Shown here piece by piece: positions 37,801 to 47,392 of a DNA stretch of 64,000 nt. The first letter of the stretch is position 1; every line of letters starts with the position of its first letter. Position numbers and translations under genes: made by a program. Source of the stretch: Oceanispirochaeta sp. (GTDB lineage: Bacteria; Spirochaetota; Spirochaetia; DSM-2461); the NCBI GenBank assembly GCA_963666275.2, contig CAXXOA010000003.1, forward strand, positions 192,001 through 256,000. The letters run 5' to 3'. Below the pieces are notes generated by a model. The model had not been told where the DNA came from, did no database searches, and was given only the letters and a program-made list of their open reading frames with translations.

Positions 37801-37999
37801 TACCTCGGTCACCACCATCGCCGGGCTGATCCCCCTGATGATTTTCGGAGGGCCCCTCTGGCTCCCCATGGCATCGGCTCTTGTCTTCGGACTGGCCTTT
37901 GCCACGGTTCTGACCCTGGGGGCTGTTCCCGCCCTCTATGCCATTCTGTTTAAAGTCGACCGGCCTGAAGTGCCGGGCAATTACAAGGAGCTTTTATGA
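34892..37999 (+). CDS. RND efflux transporter permease (AcrB/CzcA superfamily)
   Basis: 1035 aa, YPGASPE, GMLVDSGIV..E, RPILLTS.TT..GL.P. Confidence 0.95.
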   Translation: MTITELSLRKKTVTLVLLILLILGGLYSYFTLPQAEDPGFTVRAAQVITLYPGASPERVRDTVTIPLEDAIGELGELEHVTSRSQEGVSIITATVAFEYGDLEAIWDKLADAVDAVREDLPEGALTPRIEDDYGDVFSILLSLTGEGYSLSELDSIAREVRRKLMGLSEVSRVDIYGVPDREVLVSYQRETLEALGLTPYHLATAVQKTNVIRPAGTITPGREDISLEAEGSYTSLAGLEETLVPLPGTSESVPLRDLAAISLETEDPVKSLVRQEGREAVVLAVNMKEGGRITVMGDQVRELTDRLARQYPLGVDFDFMIFQPELVSGLIDQFTFNVIQSILVVMAVMILASGFRSGMVVASLVPGTMIGSLLIMNMAGIGINQMSLASLIIVLGMLVDSGIVMVESMQLEIQGGKTPFRAAVDASRELRLPLLTSALTTSASFLPIAMAQNPAGEYTRPLFYVVTIALVLAWVLTITLIPFLGFLFLKRPGDFPENIRKNRSPRETPAALERAKVRYLGILTAVLRRRGIMIGLLVLALIVYLGVFRRIPVSFFPPTTYPYFTMEISLPRGTSIAATAALADQVDACLAEDLEGQVAFFGSFIGGGVPRFRLNIAPQDSRPEYAFYIVRLQQGASPAEIFRALRALVPEIEADAELKLSPFTYGPGFNAPVEIRISGTDREALYVLAEEAKNLLADQEGILNIRDDWGPRRKILSVEMDESSARRYGITHQDVAVSLQAASRGLSVSEYRGEETSLSIILKDSAAGYASMGDLESLNVYSETTGASVPLRQVARISLDWQPALIIQRDGVETITVQADVAEGVNAISAAREAGRILENRPAGLPRGFSVDVGGTSEGSAQANRAILEKAPIALFIIIMLLVVQFNSVRKSLIILVTVPFGFIGVVFGLWVTGSTFSFMSLLGLVSLSGVVVNDAIILLERVELEIREGADSLTALYRAALRKFRPILLTSVTTIAGLIPLMIFGGPLWLPMASALVFGLAFATVLTLGAVPALYAILFKVDRPEVPGNYKELL

Positions 38000-38670
38000 A
38001 AATTAAAGTGAGGATTCCCGGGCCGCTGGCGGTCATTCTGTTTCTGGCCGGGGGAATCTTTCCCCTGAAATCCGATGCTCTGTGGGAGGAGGTCCTGGAT
38101 GAGGTAAACCGGAGCGGTCAAGCTGTTGCCCTGGATATATCCATAGAGGGGTATCTCTTTGACAGGAAGGGGACAATGCTCTCGTCCGGGAACACCCGGA
38201 TACAGCGGTCTATCGTCTCGGGAACGGTCCATGTGGATTCGGTCAGGGAGGATGGAGACTTCCAACCCGACCAGGAGACTCTACTGGAGCTTTTCGGAGG
38301 AACCATGCCCCGCCCGGGAGGGATTTTCGACAGGTCTGTCCAAAGCCGGCTGACCCTTACGCAGAAAGACTGGCTCTATTACAACGGGGAGGAAACTGTT
38401 CTGTACGATTACAGGTTCGAATCGGAAAAGCAGGGACCTATCAGCGGTCAGATCTGGATAGATCCTGAAAAACATCTGCCCCTGAGAATTCTCTCTGTCC
38501 CGGAGAAGACTTCGGGGTTTCTGGATACAAGCCGTATGGATCTCTATTTTCATAGGGATGAACAAGGTCTGTGGATACCCTATGAAATGCAGATGGAAGG
38601 CTCCCGTTCGGGAATTCTCTCCCGGAATGTGAGCATCAGGATGCAGATGGGGGACTTTTCCGAGCTTTAG
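37996..38670 (+). CDS. Exported LolA-like/beta-rich hypothetical protein
   Basis: Signal peptide, G.IWID...LP.R motif, coupled to the RND gene. Confidence 0.5.
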   Translation: MKIKVRIPGPLAVILFLAGGIFPLKSDALWEEVLDEVNRSGQAVALDISIEGYLFDRKGTMLSSGNTRIQRSIVSGTVHVDSVREDGDFQPDQETLLELFGGTMPRPGGIFDRSVQSRLTLTQKDWLYYNGEETVLYDYRFESEKQGPISGQIWIDPEKHLPLRILSVPEKTSGFLDTSRMDLYFHRDEQGLWIPYEMQMEGSRSGILSRNVSIRMQMGDFSEL

Positions 38671-38782
38671 GAGTGGCTCTTCATCACTGGGATCAGTCTT
38701 ATCCTAGAATTTAATAAAATTATATATATGAATTGAAATATGTATAAAATGTTCTTATCTTTACTGTAGAGAAGGAGCCCAT

Positions 38783-39163
38783 ATGTACAGTATAAAAAAA
38801 GAATCGGCAATGAATTTTACCGACACTCTGGAAAAGACGAAATCGGAACTGCGGAAAGAGGGTTTCGGTGTGCTCACCGAAATCGATATAAAAGCGACTC
38901 TTAAAAAGAAACTGGATGTGGACCGGGATAACTATGTGATCCTGGGAGCCTGCAATCCCCCCAATGCCCATAAGGCCCTGGAAGCGGAGGTCGAAATCGG
39001 TCTGATGCTGCCCTGCAATGTGATCGTCTATGAACAGGACGGGAAAACCTACGTCTCAGCGATCCGTCCCTCCGTAGCCATGGGAATGATAGAGAACCCC
39101 GGCCTGGGAGAGGTGGCTTCCACCATTGAAGAGAAACTGAACCGGGTGATAGAAGGGGTCTGA
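38783..39163 (+). CDS. DUF302 family protein
   Basis: GFGVLTEID..ATLKKKL, ILGACNP, GLMLPCNV.VYE. Confidence 0.9.
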   Translation: MYSIKKESAMNFTDTLEKTKSELRKEGFGVLTEIDIKATLKKKLDVDRDNYVILGACNPPNAHKALEAEVEIGLMLPCNVIVYEQDGKTYVSAIRPSVAMGMIENPGLGEVASTIEEKLNRVIEGV

Positions 39164-39193
39164 CGGCTTTGGAGTCTGGAGGTATTCAGGCTA

Positions 39194-39457
39194 TCAGCTA
39201 ATTAAATCAGCCGTAATGATCCGGCAGGTATTCCTGTTGATTGTGAGCTGTATATTCTCTCCTGTATGAATCAGGTAGTAGTTTTTACCCCGGACTGTGA
39301 TATCCCCGGGAGGAATTTCCTCAATTAGCCGGAGGATGTATTCTTCCATATCCCGGTTGGTGAGGTTCAGGTTCAGCTTTTTTCTGATTCTGTCGTAAAC
39401 CAGGTCGGTATAGCAGAGATTCTGCAGGATTGAATCTTTGGGGTTCATCAAGATCAT
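39194..39457 (-). CDS. DUF3781-like small protein
   Basis: YT.L...RI.K.L, RGKNYY, T.N.....IITA. Confidence 0.7.
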   Translation of the reverse strand: MILMNPKDSILQNLCYTDLVYDRIRKKLNLNLTNRDMEEYILRLIEEIPPGDITVRGKNYYLIHTGENIQLTINRNTCRIITADLIS

Positions 39458-39485
39458 GACTTCTTTATTTTTTGATTCAACAAAT

Positions 39486-40037
39486 TCATTGTGGTTTCAG
39501 GTTAAAGGGCGATATATAGGAATGTTGGGTAGTGTATAGAAAATCCTTGTAAAATTTTTCTGTTTCTCCAAAGACCTGAAATGCAAGCGCAAGTTGAAAG
39601 TCTGTGAAGTCAGCTCCAAAATAGGCTATATACTGCTTTATCGGACTAATATCGCTTTGGAGAACTAAACACTGAATTGAATCAGCTTTGATTTGATCTG
39701 ATTGTAAATTTAGCGGGTGAGATTTAAAAGATGGATTCTGTGATATGAAGGATTTCAAATCATTCTTTATGAATTCATCCAAAGTATCAAACTCGTAGTC
39801 TGTGTATGCCATTATCCCCGCTGGAGCATTCTGGGGTGTGAATCCCTCTGGGATAAAGAAGTTATCAATCCCCAGAGTAGCCTGGGCAAACTCCATCATC
39901 ATCTGCCATCCTGCCTGTAAGGCGATAATATAAGTTTGCCCTTCCCCATACATTATATATGTTCTAGGCTCAGTCTCCTGGGAGTGAGTCGGGGTTGAAA
40001 GTAGTATTAAAAAAAATAAGGCAGCAATCTTTCTCAT
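39486..40037 (-). CDS. Exported hypothetical protein
   Basis: Signal peptide, GAGGA RBS. Confidence 0.65.
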   Translation of the reverse strand: MRKIAALFFLILLSTPTHSQETEPRTYIMYGEGQTYIIALQAGWQMMMEFAQATLGIDNFFIPEGFTPQNAPAGIMAYTDYEFDTLDEFIKNDLKSFISQNPSFKSHPLNLQSDQIKADSIQCLVLQSDISPIKQYIAYFGADFTDFQLALAFQVFGETEKFYKDFLYTTQHSYISPFNLKPQ

Positions 40038-40067
40038 ATATTATTTCCTCGATGAAGGGATCTTTGT

Positions 40068-41048
40068 CTAAAAGGATCTCATGAGAGCATCGTACTGTTC
40101 TTTATCATATGAAAAATAGAGAATCCCGTGTCCGGTTGAACTGAAGTCATTAAATTTCCCCATCCGGAAGACAAGATAAGATGCTTTTTTATTTTCAATA
40201 ATATCTTTCATATTTATGTATTGATCGTGTGTTGTTATCAGTTCAAGATAACCTGGTTTCTGTTCGTTATCGGGTTGAAATATCTCTAAGGGGACTATAA
40301 TTTTTTTCTGATAGCTTGATAAAAAAGGTCTCCCCACATTCATGGATTTAAAATTCTTTATGATATCATTTTCATCCTCAATATCTTCAATTTTAAATTG
40401 GCACTCTTCCGGGGAGAAATAAACAAGAAAACTCTCTCCTCCGTATATTTGCATACCATAACCATCATGCGCAGCAAACTGCCTGTTTAGATCATTTCTG
40501 CCAATAAAAGTCTTGTCTTTTAAGATATCATATTCAATTTTATCCCGATAACTCTTTGAATAGTAATTATAGTCAAATGGTTCTGAATCAGACCATCTCG
40601 GGTTGTCATTGACAAGAAAGATGATTTCCCGGCTTTCAAATGTAAAATAGGTATCTTCAGCGACTAAACCTGTAAACATTTTTTCTTTATCAAACAGCAG
40701 GTAGCCATGCACTTCGTAGGTTACATGAAGGGATTCTACTTCGGCCTGATTTTCATTTAAAAGGAATATATAGCTTTCAAGACCTTCGTCAAATTTTACC
40801 TGAATTTGTTCCGGGATAGTGAATTGAGCCTTGGTGTTATTGTAGACAAAAGGGGCCGCCAGGTAGCCGCTAAGCAATTTACCATTCTCATCCATTTCAT
40901 AAACCTGGTCTATATCGATGTTCACGATCTTATCAAATAAATATGTATTTAAAGAATTGGAAGTATTGATATCTTCCTGTGTCAATTCGACAGTTCGGCA
41001 ACTCGTAAATAATATTGCCAGTACGACTATTGGTAGAAAACGTTTCAT
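40068..41048 (-). CDS. Hypothetical lipoprotein
   Basis: Lipobox LFTSC, 326 aa ORF. Confidence 0.7.
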   Translation of the reverse strand: MKRFLPIVVLAILFTSCRTVELTQEDINTSNSLNTYLFDKIVNIDIDQVYEMDENGKLLSGYLAAPFVYNNTKAQFTIPEQIQVKFDEGLESYIFLLNENQAEVESLHVTYEVHGYLLFDKEKMFTGLVAEDTYFTFESREIIFLVNDNPRWSDSEPFDYNYYSKSYRDKIEYDILKDKTFIGRNDLNRQFAAHDGYGMQIYGGESFLVYFSPEECQFKIEDIEDENDIIKNFKSMNVGRPFLSSYQKKIIVPLEIFQPDNEQKPGYLELITTHDQYINMKDIIENKKASYLVFRMGKFNDFSSTGHGILYFSYDKEQYDALMRSF

Positions 41049-41366
41049 GCAACCCCGCTATTTTGATCTGGTTAAATTGTATTATACATTTACAGTCGTT
41101 CTCGTATAGGTGTCGTTTAAATTATTGTTCCGAAGGTTCTCCGGATTCTTTTCTCTCCTTGCAATGGATCTATAAATTTCTGATTCAACATGCAAGATGA
41201 ACCTGTATATCAGAAGGATTTTAATTGAGTATCAGGTTCTGGAATCCGTTACCGGGTACAATTTTATAGGGCTATTTCTAATTTAGTATGTTACTATAAA
41301 ATTAAGATAACAGCTATTTATTTATAGTTTGCAGATGGAAGAAGACTTGATTGAAAACAGATAGGG

Positions 41367-42290
41367 ATGGTATGCATGGAAAGGGAAGGTTTTAGTGTTC
41401 AGCAAGTATTAAAGTTCATTGTTAAACTGATTTTACCATTGGCAATTTTCGGTTCTACTCTACTTTTCAATTCTCGTGCTGATAGAAGGCTAGGGAGTGC
41501 CCAGAACCTGGAAAGGGATATTTCTAATAAACAGTTCCAGATGGAACTTATACAATCCCTTTCATCAGAAAATTATCATGAAAGACGAATGGCTTATCTT
41601 TTCCTGTTTGAACAGACCACTACACCCGAGTTTATGAAGCTTCTGGACTATAATGATGATCCAGCTTTAATTGATACATTGAGCGCCATTTTACTCAAAG
41701 ACAATCTAGATGAGACTATTCAGAGCATTATTGACAAAAGCCTCTACTCCAGGCTTCTTCCCTTAATGAATAGTTTGGTGAATGTTGAATGGGAACATTT
41801 TAATAAAAATACATATAAAACAGTTGGTTTCTATACATCTCCCTCTCGTATTCTGGTTCCCGACTGGCGGGAAGAGGAAGTTCAGAAATGGTATATTAAG
41901 AGTATTAAGACAAGTAGTCATGAAATTTTAAAGGAGTCCCATTATCCTCTCCCAAAAGATGCCAGCGGATTTGTCAGAATAGAATCAGATGGCTTTGAGA
42001 ATACCAGCCCTTTGAACCTTTCTGAAGCAGATATCTCGATTGGGCAGACTATTTTGACTATAGTGGAAAACGGATCAGAAAAGGCCGTTATTTCCGGTAA
42101 GATTGCAGATGTTAAGGAAAATCTCTTCTATTACTCATTTAATGATAGTTCTTTTAATTTACTAGCAACACCAGAAAAAAGATTTGGGACTCCCATTTTC
42201 AATACATATTTACGGGTAATCGGATATCACATGGGACAATCCAGTGCATCTCATTCCACTGAAATGATAGGAGTTGCAATTGATAATTAA
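41367..42290 (+). CDS. Membrane-anchored hypothetical protein with degenerate trypsin-like C-terminal region
   Basis: N-terminal TM. C-terminal FGTPIFN...VIGYH resembles SGSP.FN..G.V.G.H without the Ser. Confidence 0.5.
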   Translation: MVCMEREGFSVQQVLKFIVKLILPLAIFGSTLLFNSRADRRLGSAQNLERDISNKQFQMELIQSLSSENYHERRMAYLFLFEQTTTPEFMKLLDYNDDPALIDTLSAILLKDNLDETIQSIIDKSLYSRLLPLMNSLVNVEWEHFNKNTYKTVGFYTSPSRILVPDWREEEVQKWYIKSIKTSSHEILKESHYPLPKDASGFVRIESDGFENTSPLNLSEADISIGQTILTIVENGSEKAVISGKIADVKENLFYYSFNDSSFNLLATPEKRFGTPIFNTYLRVIGYHMGQSSASHSTEMIGVAIDN

Positions 42291-42342
42291 TTTTCCTAGA
42301 TGGTTTCGGCTGCATTCCTATTTTTATGTGTTTCTTAAGATT

Positions 42343-43107
42343 TCACAGAAAAATCTCCGGCTCTTTCCTTACCTGACATTTCTCAAAGAGCATATTCCTT
42401 ATTTTCAGACTGGTGGGATCTACCACTTCCCGTGCCTCTTCGGGGCAGGCCTTTATGCAGGCGCAGCATCTCAGGCATTTTGTGCCGTCAGTTTTTAAAG
42501 GGTTTTCCTGGGGGATAGCAGCTACAGGGCAAAGAGCGATGCATGAATAGCAGAGAGTGCACTTCCCCTTGTCAGTTTGAATGATCACTTCCGGTTTGGG
42601 AGGCACTTCCCTGTAGGGATAATTTCCAGGCACGGCAATTTTTCCTGATGCGTGACCCTTTCTTTCCCGGATTGCTCTGCCGAATTGCCGGGCTGCCGCC
42701 AGATCCTCTGCGTCCGGTCTTCCCCGGGCAATAGGAGTTTTACCGCTGGAAAGGGAGTGTTCTCCGATAAAGGCTGCCGCCCCCAGGATGGTTCCCCCTT
42801 TCTGTTCAACCAGGTCTTTCAGTTCCAGCAGGGCGTCTTCGTATTCCCGGTTGCCGTAGACCACGGCCAGCAGGCAGTCTGTGTTCTCCAGGTTGATCTG
42901 ATTCAGCCTCTCCGGGAATACTCCGGGTAACCTGCCTACATACACAGGGGCTCCGATAAGAACAGTCCCTTTTACAGTTTGCGGTTCTGCCCGGTTTGTG
43001 AGGTCAATCACCCCCGGGCTGGCAGAGGAGTAGGCTTTGGCCATTTCTGTCACAATCTTTTTTGTGGTTCCCGTAGGGGAAAAGTAGATCAGGTTTACAT
43101 CATTCAT
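42343..43107 (-). CDS. EFR1-type flavodoxin-fold/4Fe-4S ferredoxin protein
   Basis: YFSPTGTT, VYGNREYEDALLEL, two CxxCxxCxxxCP motifs. Confidence 0.9.
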   Translation of the reverse strand: MNDVNLIYFSPTGTTKKIVTEMAKAYSSASPGVIDLTNRAEPQTVKGTVLIGAPVYVGRLPGVFPERLNQINLENTDCLLAVVYGNREYEDALLELKDLVEQKGGTILGAAAFIGEHSLSSGKTPIARGRPDAEDLAAARQFGRAIRERKGHASGKIAVPGNYPYREVPPKPEVIIQTDKGKCTLCYSCIALCPVAAIPQENPLKTDGTKCLRCCACIKACPEEAREVVDPTSLKIRNMLFEKCQVRKEPEIFL

Positions 43108-43165
43108 TCCATCACCTTATAAAATCTTTCGGACGAGTCGGGGAGGCTCAGGGTTTCTGCATGTT

Positions 43166-43879
43166 TCATATCAGTTTCTCACCGATCATACCAATGAGAA
43201 AACCGAAACTCGCACCTGTTGCGGGTATCCAGTCTTTCTGCCTTCTGGAAAGAGGGGCAATATCCTGAAAAATTAAATACAGTATACCGCCACTGGCATA
43301 TAACATAATTATATCTATCAGTTTCCGGTTATCGCTGAGAAAAACCTTCCCTGATAATGCGGCAATAATTCCCAGAAAACTCAGGAAGAACATCAGCCAT
43401 AAGGCCTTCTTTTTAGACAGGCGTCTGCTCAGTTCAATATAGGAATTGAAACCCTCCGGTAAATTCTGCATTCCGATAAAAACAGCCAGGAGTAAGCCGA
43501 ACTTATGATCATGGGCAAAGGATGCCCCCAGCGCCAGGGATTCAGGGATAAAATCCGACATCATGGAAATAACCTGAGAATAGGCTCCCCGGATTCTATC
43601 AAGTATCATATCAATAGCCATGAAGGTGAAACTGCCTGCAAGAAAGATTACTGTAATATTCAAATTATCCAGATCAGATATGGACTGGGGAATCAGTGCA
43701 AATGCTATTGCGGAAAGCAAGGCCCCTCCGCCAAATGCCACAATCCAGTGGTTGATCTCCTCTCTCAGTGTTTTCTCGGCTTTCTGAAATATACTGGATA
43801 ACAAACCCCCCAATATGATCGGGAGTCCCGCCAGGCTGGAGTACATTATAATTTTAAATAATTCATTCATCCGAGTCAC
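43166..43879 (-). CDS. ZIP/ZupT-family divalent metal transporter
   Basis: AFGGGALL, DFIPES, QNLPEGF, multiple TM helices. Confidence 0.85.
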   Translation of the reverse strand: MTRMNELFKIIMYSSLAGLPIILGGLLSSIFQKAEKTLREEINHWIVAFGGGALLSAIAFALIPQSISDLDNLNITVIFLAGSFTFMAIDMILDRIRGAYSQVISMMSDFIPESLALGASFAHDHKFGLLLAVFIGMQNLPEGFNSYIELSRRLSKKKALWLMFFLSFLGIIAALSGKVFLSDNRKLIDIIMLYASGGILYLIFQDIAPLSRRQKDWIPATGASFGFLIGMIGEKLI

Positions 43880-43942
43880 CTTCTGTCTGTCTTAAGCAGT
43901 TGCTTTGTAAAGGACATATTACCAGAGACTGGTCAGGGATGT

Positions 43943-44932
43943 TTATAAAAGTTCATTTTCTATTACTTTCTTATAGCAGTCGGGACAGATCCCATGACTG
44001 AATTCGGCGGAGGAATTCTGTTTAATATAATGTTCCAGCTGATTCCATGCCCCTTCATCGTCCCGAATCTTATGGCAGTAGGAGCAGATGGGAATGATTC
44101 CCTGCAGGGTTTTCACTTCTACCAGGGCGTTCTTCAGCTCGGAAATCAGTTTTTCCTTTTCAGTGTCTTTCTGTTTTACATTCTGATCCATTTTGATAAA
44201 TTCGTCTGCGAGAAGGCCGATTTCGTCTCTATGCTTTACTGAAATGTTCCGGATAACATCTATATTGTTTTCTAGAATGGAATTACTGATAATATTTAAA
44301 GGCTTCACGATAGTGATATTGACAAGAAATGCCGTCAGTAAATTGGCTGACAGCAATAAAAGCAATTCGATAAGAAACAGGTTTGTCAGGTTTTTGCTAT
44401 ACTCAGTGAGACTCTCTGTCCTCAGGTTTAAAAGACGTTCCTGTTCTGATATCACCTGGTCCGTTATCATGCGGATTCTGTCCATCTGCACTTTACCGAT
44501 ATTACTATTAACAATTTCTATGGCTTCTTCTATATTCCCTTCTTCTGCAAGCGCTATTGTCTGTAGTAATTCTGAATTTTTCTGATTCATTATTTCAAAC
44601 AGTTCATTCAGGTATATCTGCTGTTCCCGGTTATCTTCCGTGAGGGAGATAAGTTGTTCCAGGTTATGTTGGGAGTTCTTCACTCCATCGTAAAATGGTT
44701 CCAGATAACTTGGGTTTAATGTTAGAAGATACCCCCGCTGGCCGGTTTCTGAATCTTTCATATGGCCGATAAAACTTTTGCTGTAGTCCAGGACTTCATA
44801 GGTATGCAGAACCCATTGATTTTGTTCTTGTACATAATCATTAGACTGGATCTGTATATAAAAATTCACCACGGCAATAATGGATAATATACTGAAATAA
44901 AAAATGATTTTTCCTGTAATCTTTAATCGCAT
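43943..44932 (-). CDS. CHASE3-HAMP membrane sensor with C-terminal Cys/His domain
   Basis: V.HT..V, DSETGQRGYLLT (CHASE3), DEIG.L (HAMP), PICSYCHKIR...HGICPDC. Confidence 0.85.
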   Translation of the reverse strand: MRLKITGKIIFYFSILSIIAVVNFYIQIQSNDYVQEQNQWVLHTYEVLDYSKSFIGHMKDSETGQRGYLLTLNPSYLEPFYDGVKNSQHNLEQLISLTEDNREQQIYLNELFEIMNQKNSELLQTIALAEEGNIEEAIEIVNSNIGKVQMDRIRMITDQVISEQERLLNLRTESLTEYSKNLTNLFLIELLLLLSANLLTAFLVNITIVKPLNIISNSILENNIDVIRNISVKHRDEIGLLADEFIKMDQNVKQKDTEKEKLISELKNALVEVKTLQGIIPICSYCHKIRDDEGAWNQLEHYIKQNSSAEFSHGICPDCYKKVIENELL

Positions 44933-45164
44933 TCCTATGTTTCATTCCTTTTAAAACAGAGCGTTATGAATACACGGCAAAGTTGAAAGGCGGGTATGCG
45001 TACAGGCAATTCAGCAGCAATGCTTGATTTAAAAGTGGTAATAAGTTGTATGTTCAGTACAGGATCCCGGATAGAGGGGCGGAATCGCATACCTGCTTCT
45101 ATTATAGCATCTATCGGTAACGGAGCCGTGTTTTATCTGTATGGCGGATACTGTTTTTTTTTAA

Positions 45165-45294
45165 TATTCCCTTATTCCTTATTGTAAACAACAGGAGCTT
45201 TGTACTTCCAGGAATTCCACAGCTCTTCCTTCGCCAGAAGGTCCATCATAAAGTGGGCCGTGTTGATGCGGCTTGTTTTGCCCGAGTCGAATAT
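45165..45294 (-). repeat. 130 bp copy of the 3' end of the NAD(P)H-binding gene (matches 46583-46712)
   Basis: Direct repeat with two mismatches, including the stop codon. Confidence 0.92.
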
Positions 45295-45456
45295 ACATCT
45301 GAGCAGAAACGGAGGATATTTAAAGCAGTTCAGTAGTCTTATTATTTAAGCGGCTATCAATAATTCTTTTCAGTACAAAGTTATTGAAAAAATGGTTTCC
45401 TTGTTTACGTAACTGATGTATATTTTACGGATAAAAAATATATTCAGGGAAATACA

Positions 45457-46473
45457 ATGAAAAAACTGTTGCTTGCTCTTTTTTTCCTTACTTCTGCTTT
45501 TATCATTAGCTGCGACCTCAATTCAGATACTTCTGATGATGAGGATACTACACTACCTTCTGAGGAGGAAACTTCTTCCACCCCCTCGGAATCCGATCCT
45601 GCTTCCCGCAGCTGGAACCAAGTTACTGCCTCCGCAGCCTGGACAGCCCGGCATTCTTTTGGAGCCGTTACCTATGATAATAAAATGTGGATTATGGGGG
45701 GGGAAGATAGCAGTTTTAATGAACTGAATGATGTGTGGTCAAGTACGGATGGGATTACCTGGACAGAAGTTACCAGCTCGGCAGCCTGGAGTGCACGGCA
45801 GGATATGGCTGTTGTTTCCTATGATGGAAAGCTGTGGGTTATGGGTGGATACGATGGGAATGGCGATTCTCTCAATGATGTGTGGTACAGTACCGACGGA
45901 TCAACCTGGACCGAGGCGACCAGTTCTGCCGCATGGAGTGCCAGAGATTCCATGCGGGTCATAGTTTATGATAATAAAATGTGGCTTCTCGGGGGGTATG
46001 ATTATGATGAGTGGCCTCAGAATGATGTGTGGTACAGCACCGATGGCGTAAACTGGACAGAGGCTACTGATTCAGCTGCCTGGCCTAAGAGAGAAACCCT
46101 GGATGTTGTTGTTTTTGATAACAAAATGTGGATCATCGGTGGGACCAATGATGAAACCTTATACAATGATGTGTGGTCCAGTAGCGATGGTATCATTTGG
46201 ACAGAGGTGACCGGTTCTGCCGCCTGGTCCGCTCGGTATGGAAAAGGTGTCATTGTCTATGATAATAAAATCTGGGTGATGGGCGGTTCCTATTCGTTTT
46301 CCCAACTCAATGATGTATGGTTCAGTGCTGATGGATCTACCTGGATTCAGTCTATGGATTCCGTTCTCTGGAGTGGAAGAAATTCTATGGTAGTAACCTC
46401 TTTTAAGGATAAAATATGGCTTATGGGCGGTCGCTATCTGCTGGATCTTCTGAATGATGCGTATTCCTGGTAG
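45457..46473 (+). CDS. Kelch-like beta-propeller lipoprotein
   Basis: Lipobox IISC. Six repeats SAAWSAR...YDNKMW.MGG...NDVW.STDG..W. Confidence 0.85.
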   Translation: MKKLLLALFFLTSAFIISCDLNSDTSDDEDTTLPSEEETSSTPSESDPASRSWNQVTASAAWTARHSFGAVTYDNKMWIMGGEDSSFNELNDVWSSTDGITWTEVTSSAAWSARQDMAVVSYDGKLWVMGGYDGNGDSLNDVWYSTDGSTWTEATSSAAWSARDSMRVIVYDNKMWLLGGYDYDEWPQNDVWYSTDGVNWTEATDSAAWPKRETLDVVVFDNKMWIIGGTNDETLYNDVWSSSDGIIWTEVTGSAAWSARYGKGVIVYDNKIWVMGGSYSFSQLNDVWFSADGSTWIQSMDSVLWSGRNSMVVTSFKDKIWLMGGRYLLDLLNDAYSW

Positions 46474-46589
46474 ATCCGGGATTGTTATTAAATAGGGAAG
46501 GAGTCATCTGTATGTGCGGCTCCATGCAGAATATCAGGGACTGAAAATATACCTGTGTAAATCACAATCCCTTCAAGGGAATTATTCCC

Positions 46590-47312
46590 TTATTCCTTAT
46601 TGTAAACAACAGGAGCTTTGTACTTCCAGGTATTCCACAGCTCTTCCTTCGCCAGAAGGTCCATCATAAAGTGGGCCGTGTTGATGCGGCTTGTTTTTCC
46701 CGAGTCGAATATGGGGCTCCTCTGAGTTGAAGCAAAGAGGGTGTATTCTGTCACTTCCTCTTCGTCGGTCAGAGCATCGGGTCTTAGGGCCACCCATTCC
46801 GGTGAGTTCCCTGGCTGAATATTTTTTTCCAGAAACTGAAGGGCTTTTTCGTTGTCTCTCTGGGGGGGCAGTATGACTCTCAGTAGTGAGATAACAAGAT
46901 TTTCCCGGAAGGAAAACTTTTCCGAGCTGCCTCCTTTCAGACAGGCTACGGTGTTCATGAGAATCACCTTTGTCTTTGACGGATCCGGTATATTCTGGAC
47001 AATCTTCTTTATAGAGTCTGTGACCAGATAGTGGGGTTTGCCGAATACTCCTTTAAAGGAAAGGTTGTGGCCCAGGCAGGAGATGACAGCATCCGTATCG
47101 GAAAGGATCTCTTTCATTCTCTCATCGCGGATATCCATTATGCTTTCCACGATGACTTCAAGGTTTTCCTTCTGAGGGATCTCCCGGAATTTGTCCGTCC
47201 TTCTTGCCAGGGCTTTTACCTGAAAGTCATTCAGAAGCAGTTGCTTCACAACCTGAAATCCCGTTTTACCGGTAGAACCTACTACAAGAACTCTCATATT
47301 TCCTCCATCCAT
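46590..47312 (-). CDS. NAD(P)H-binding oxidoreductase (flavin reductase/BVR-B-like)
   Basis: VLVVGSTGKTG, DAVISCLG, W..LRP. Confidence 0.85.
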   Translation of the reverse strand: MDGGNMRVLVVGSTGKTGFQVVKQLLLNDFQVKALARRTDKFREIPQKENLEVIVESIMDIRDERMKEILSDTDAVISCLGHNLSFKGVFGKPHYLVTDSIKKIVQNIPDPSKTKVILMNTVACLKGGSSEKFSFRENLVISLLRVILPPQRDNEKALQFLEKNIQPGNSPEWVALRPDALTDEEEVTEYTLFASTQRSPIFDSGKTSRINTAHFMMDLLAKEELWNTWKYKAPVVYNKE

Positions 47313-47392
47313 CTTCTTCCGAATGATTGATCATTTATCTTTCAATAAGTATCAGGTATTTATTCTGCAAAAGACAGGAGGAAAGAACAGCT

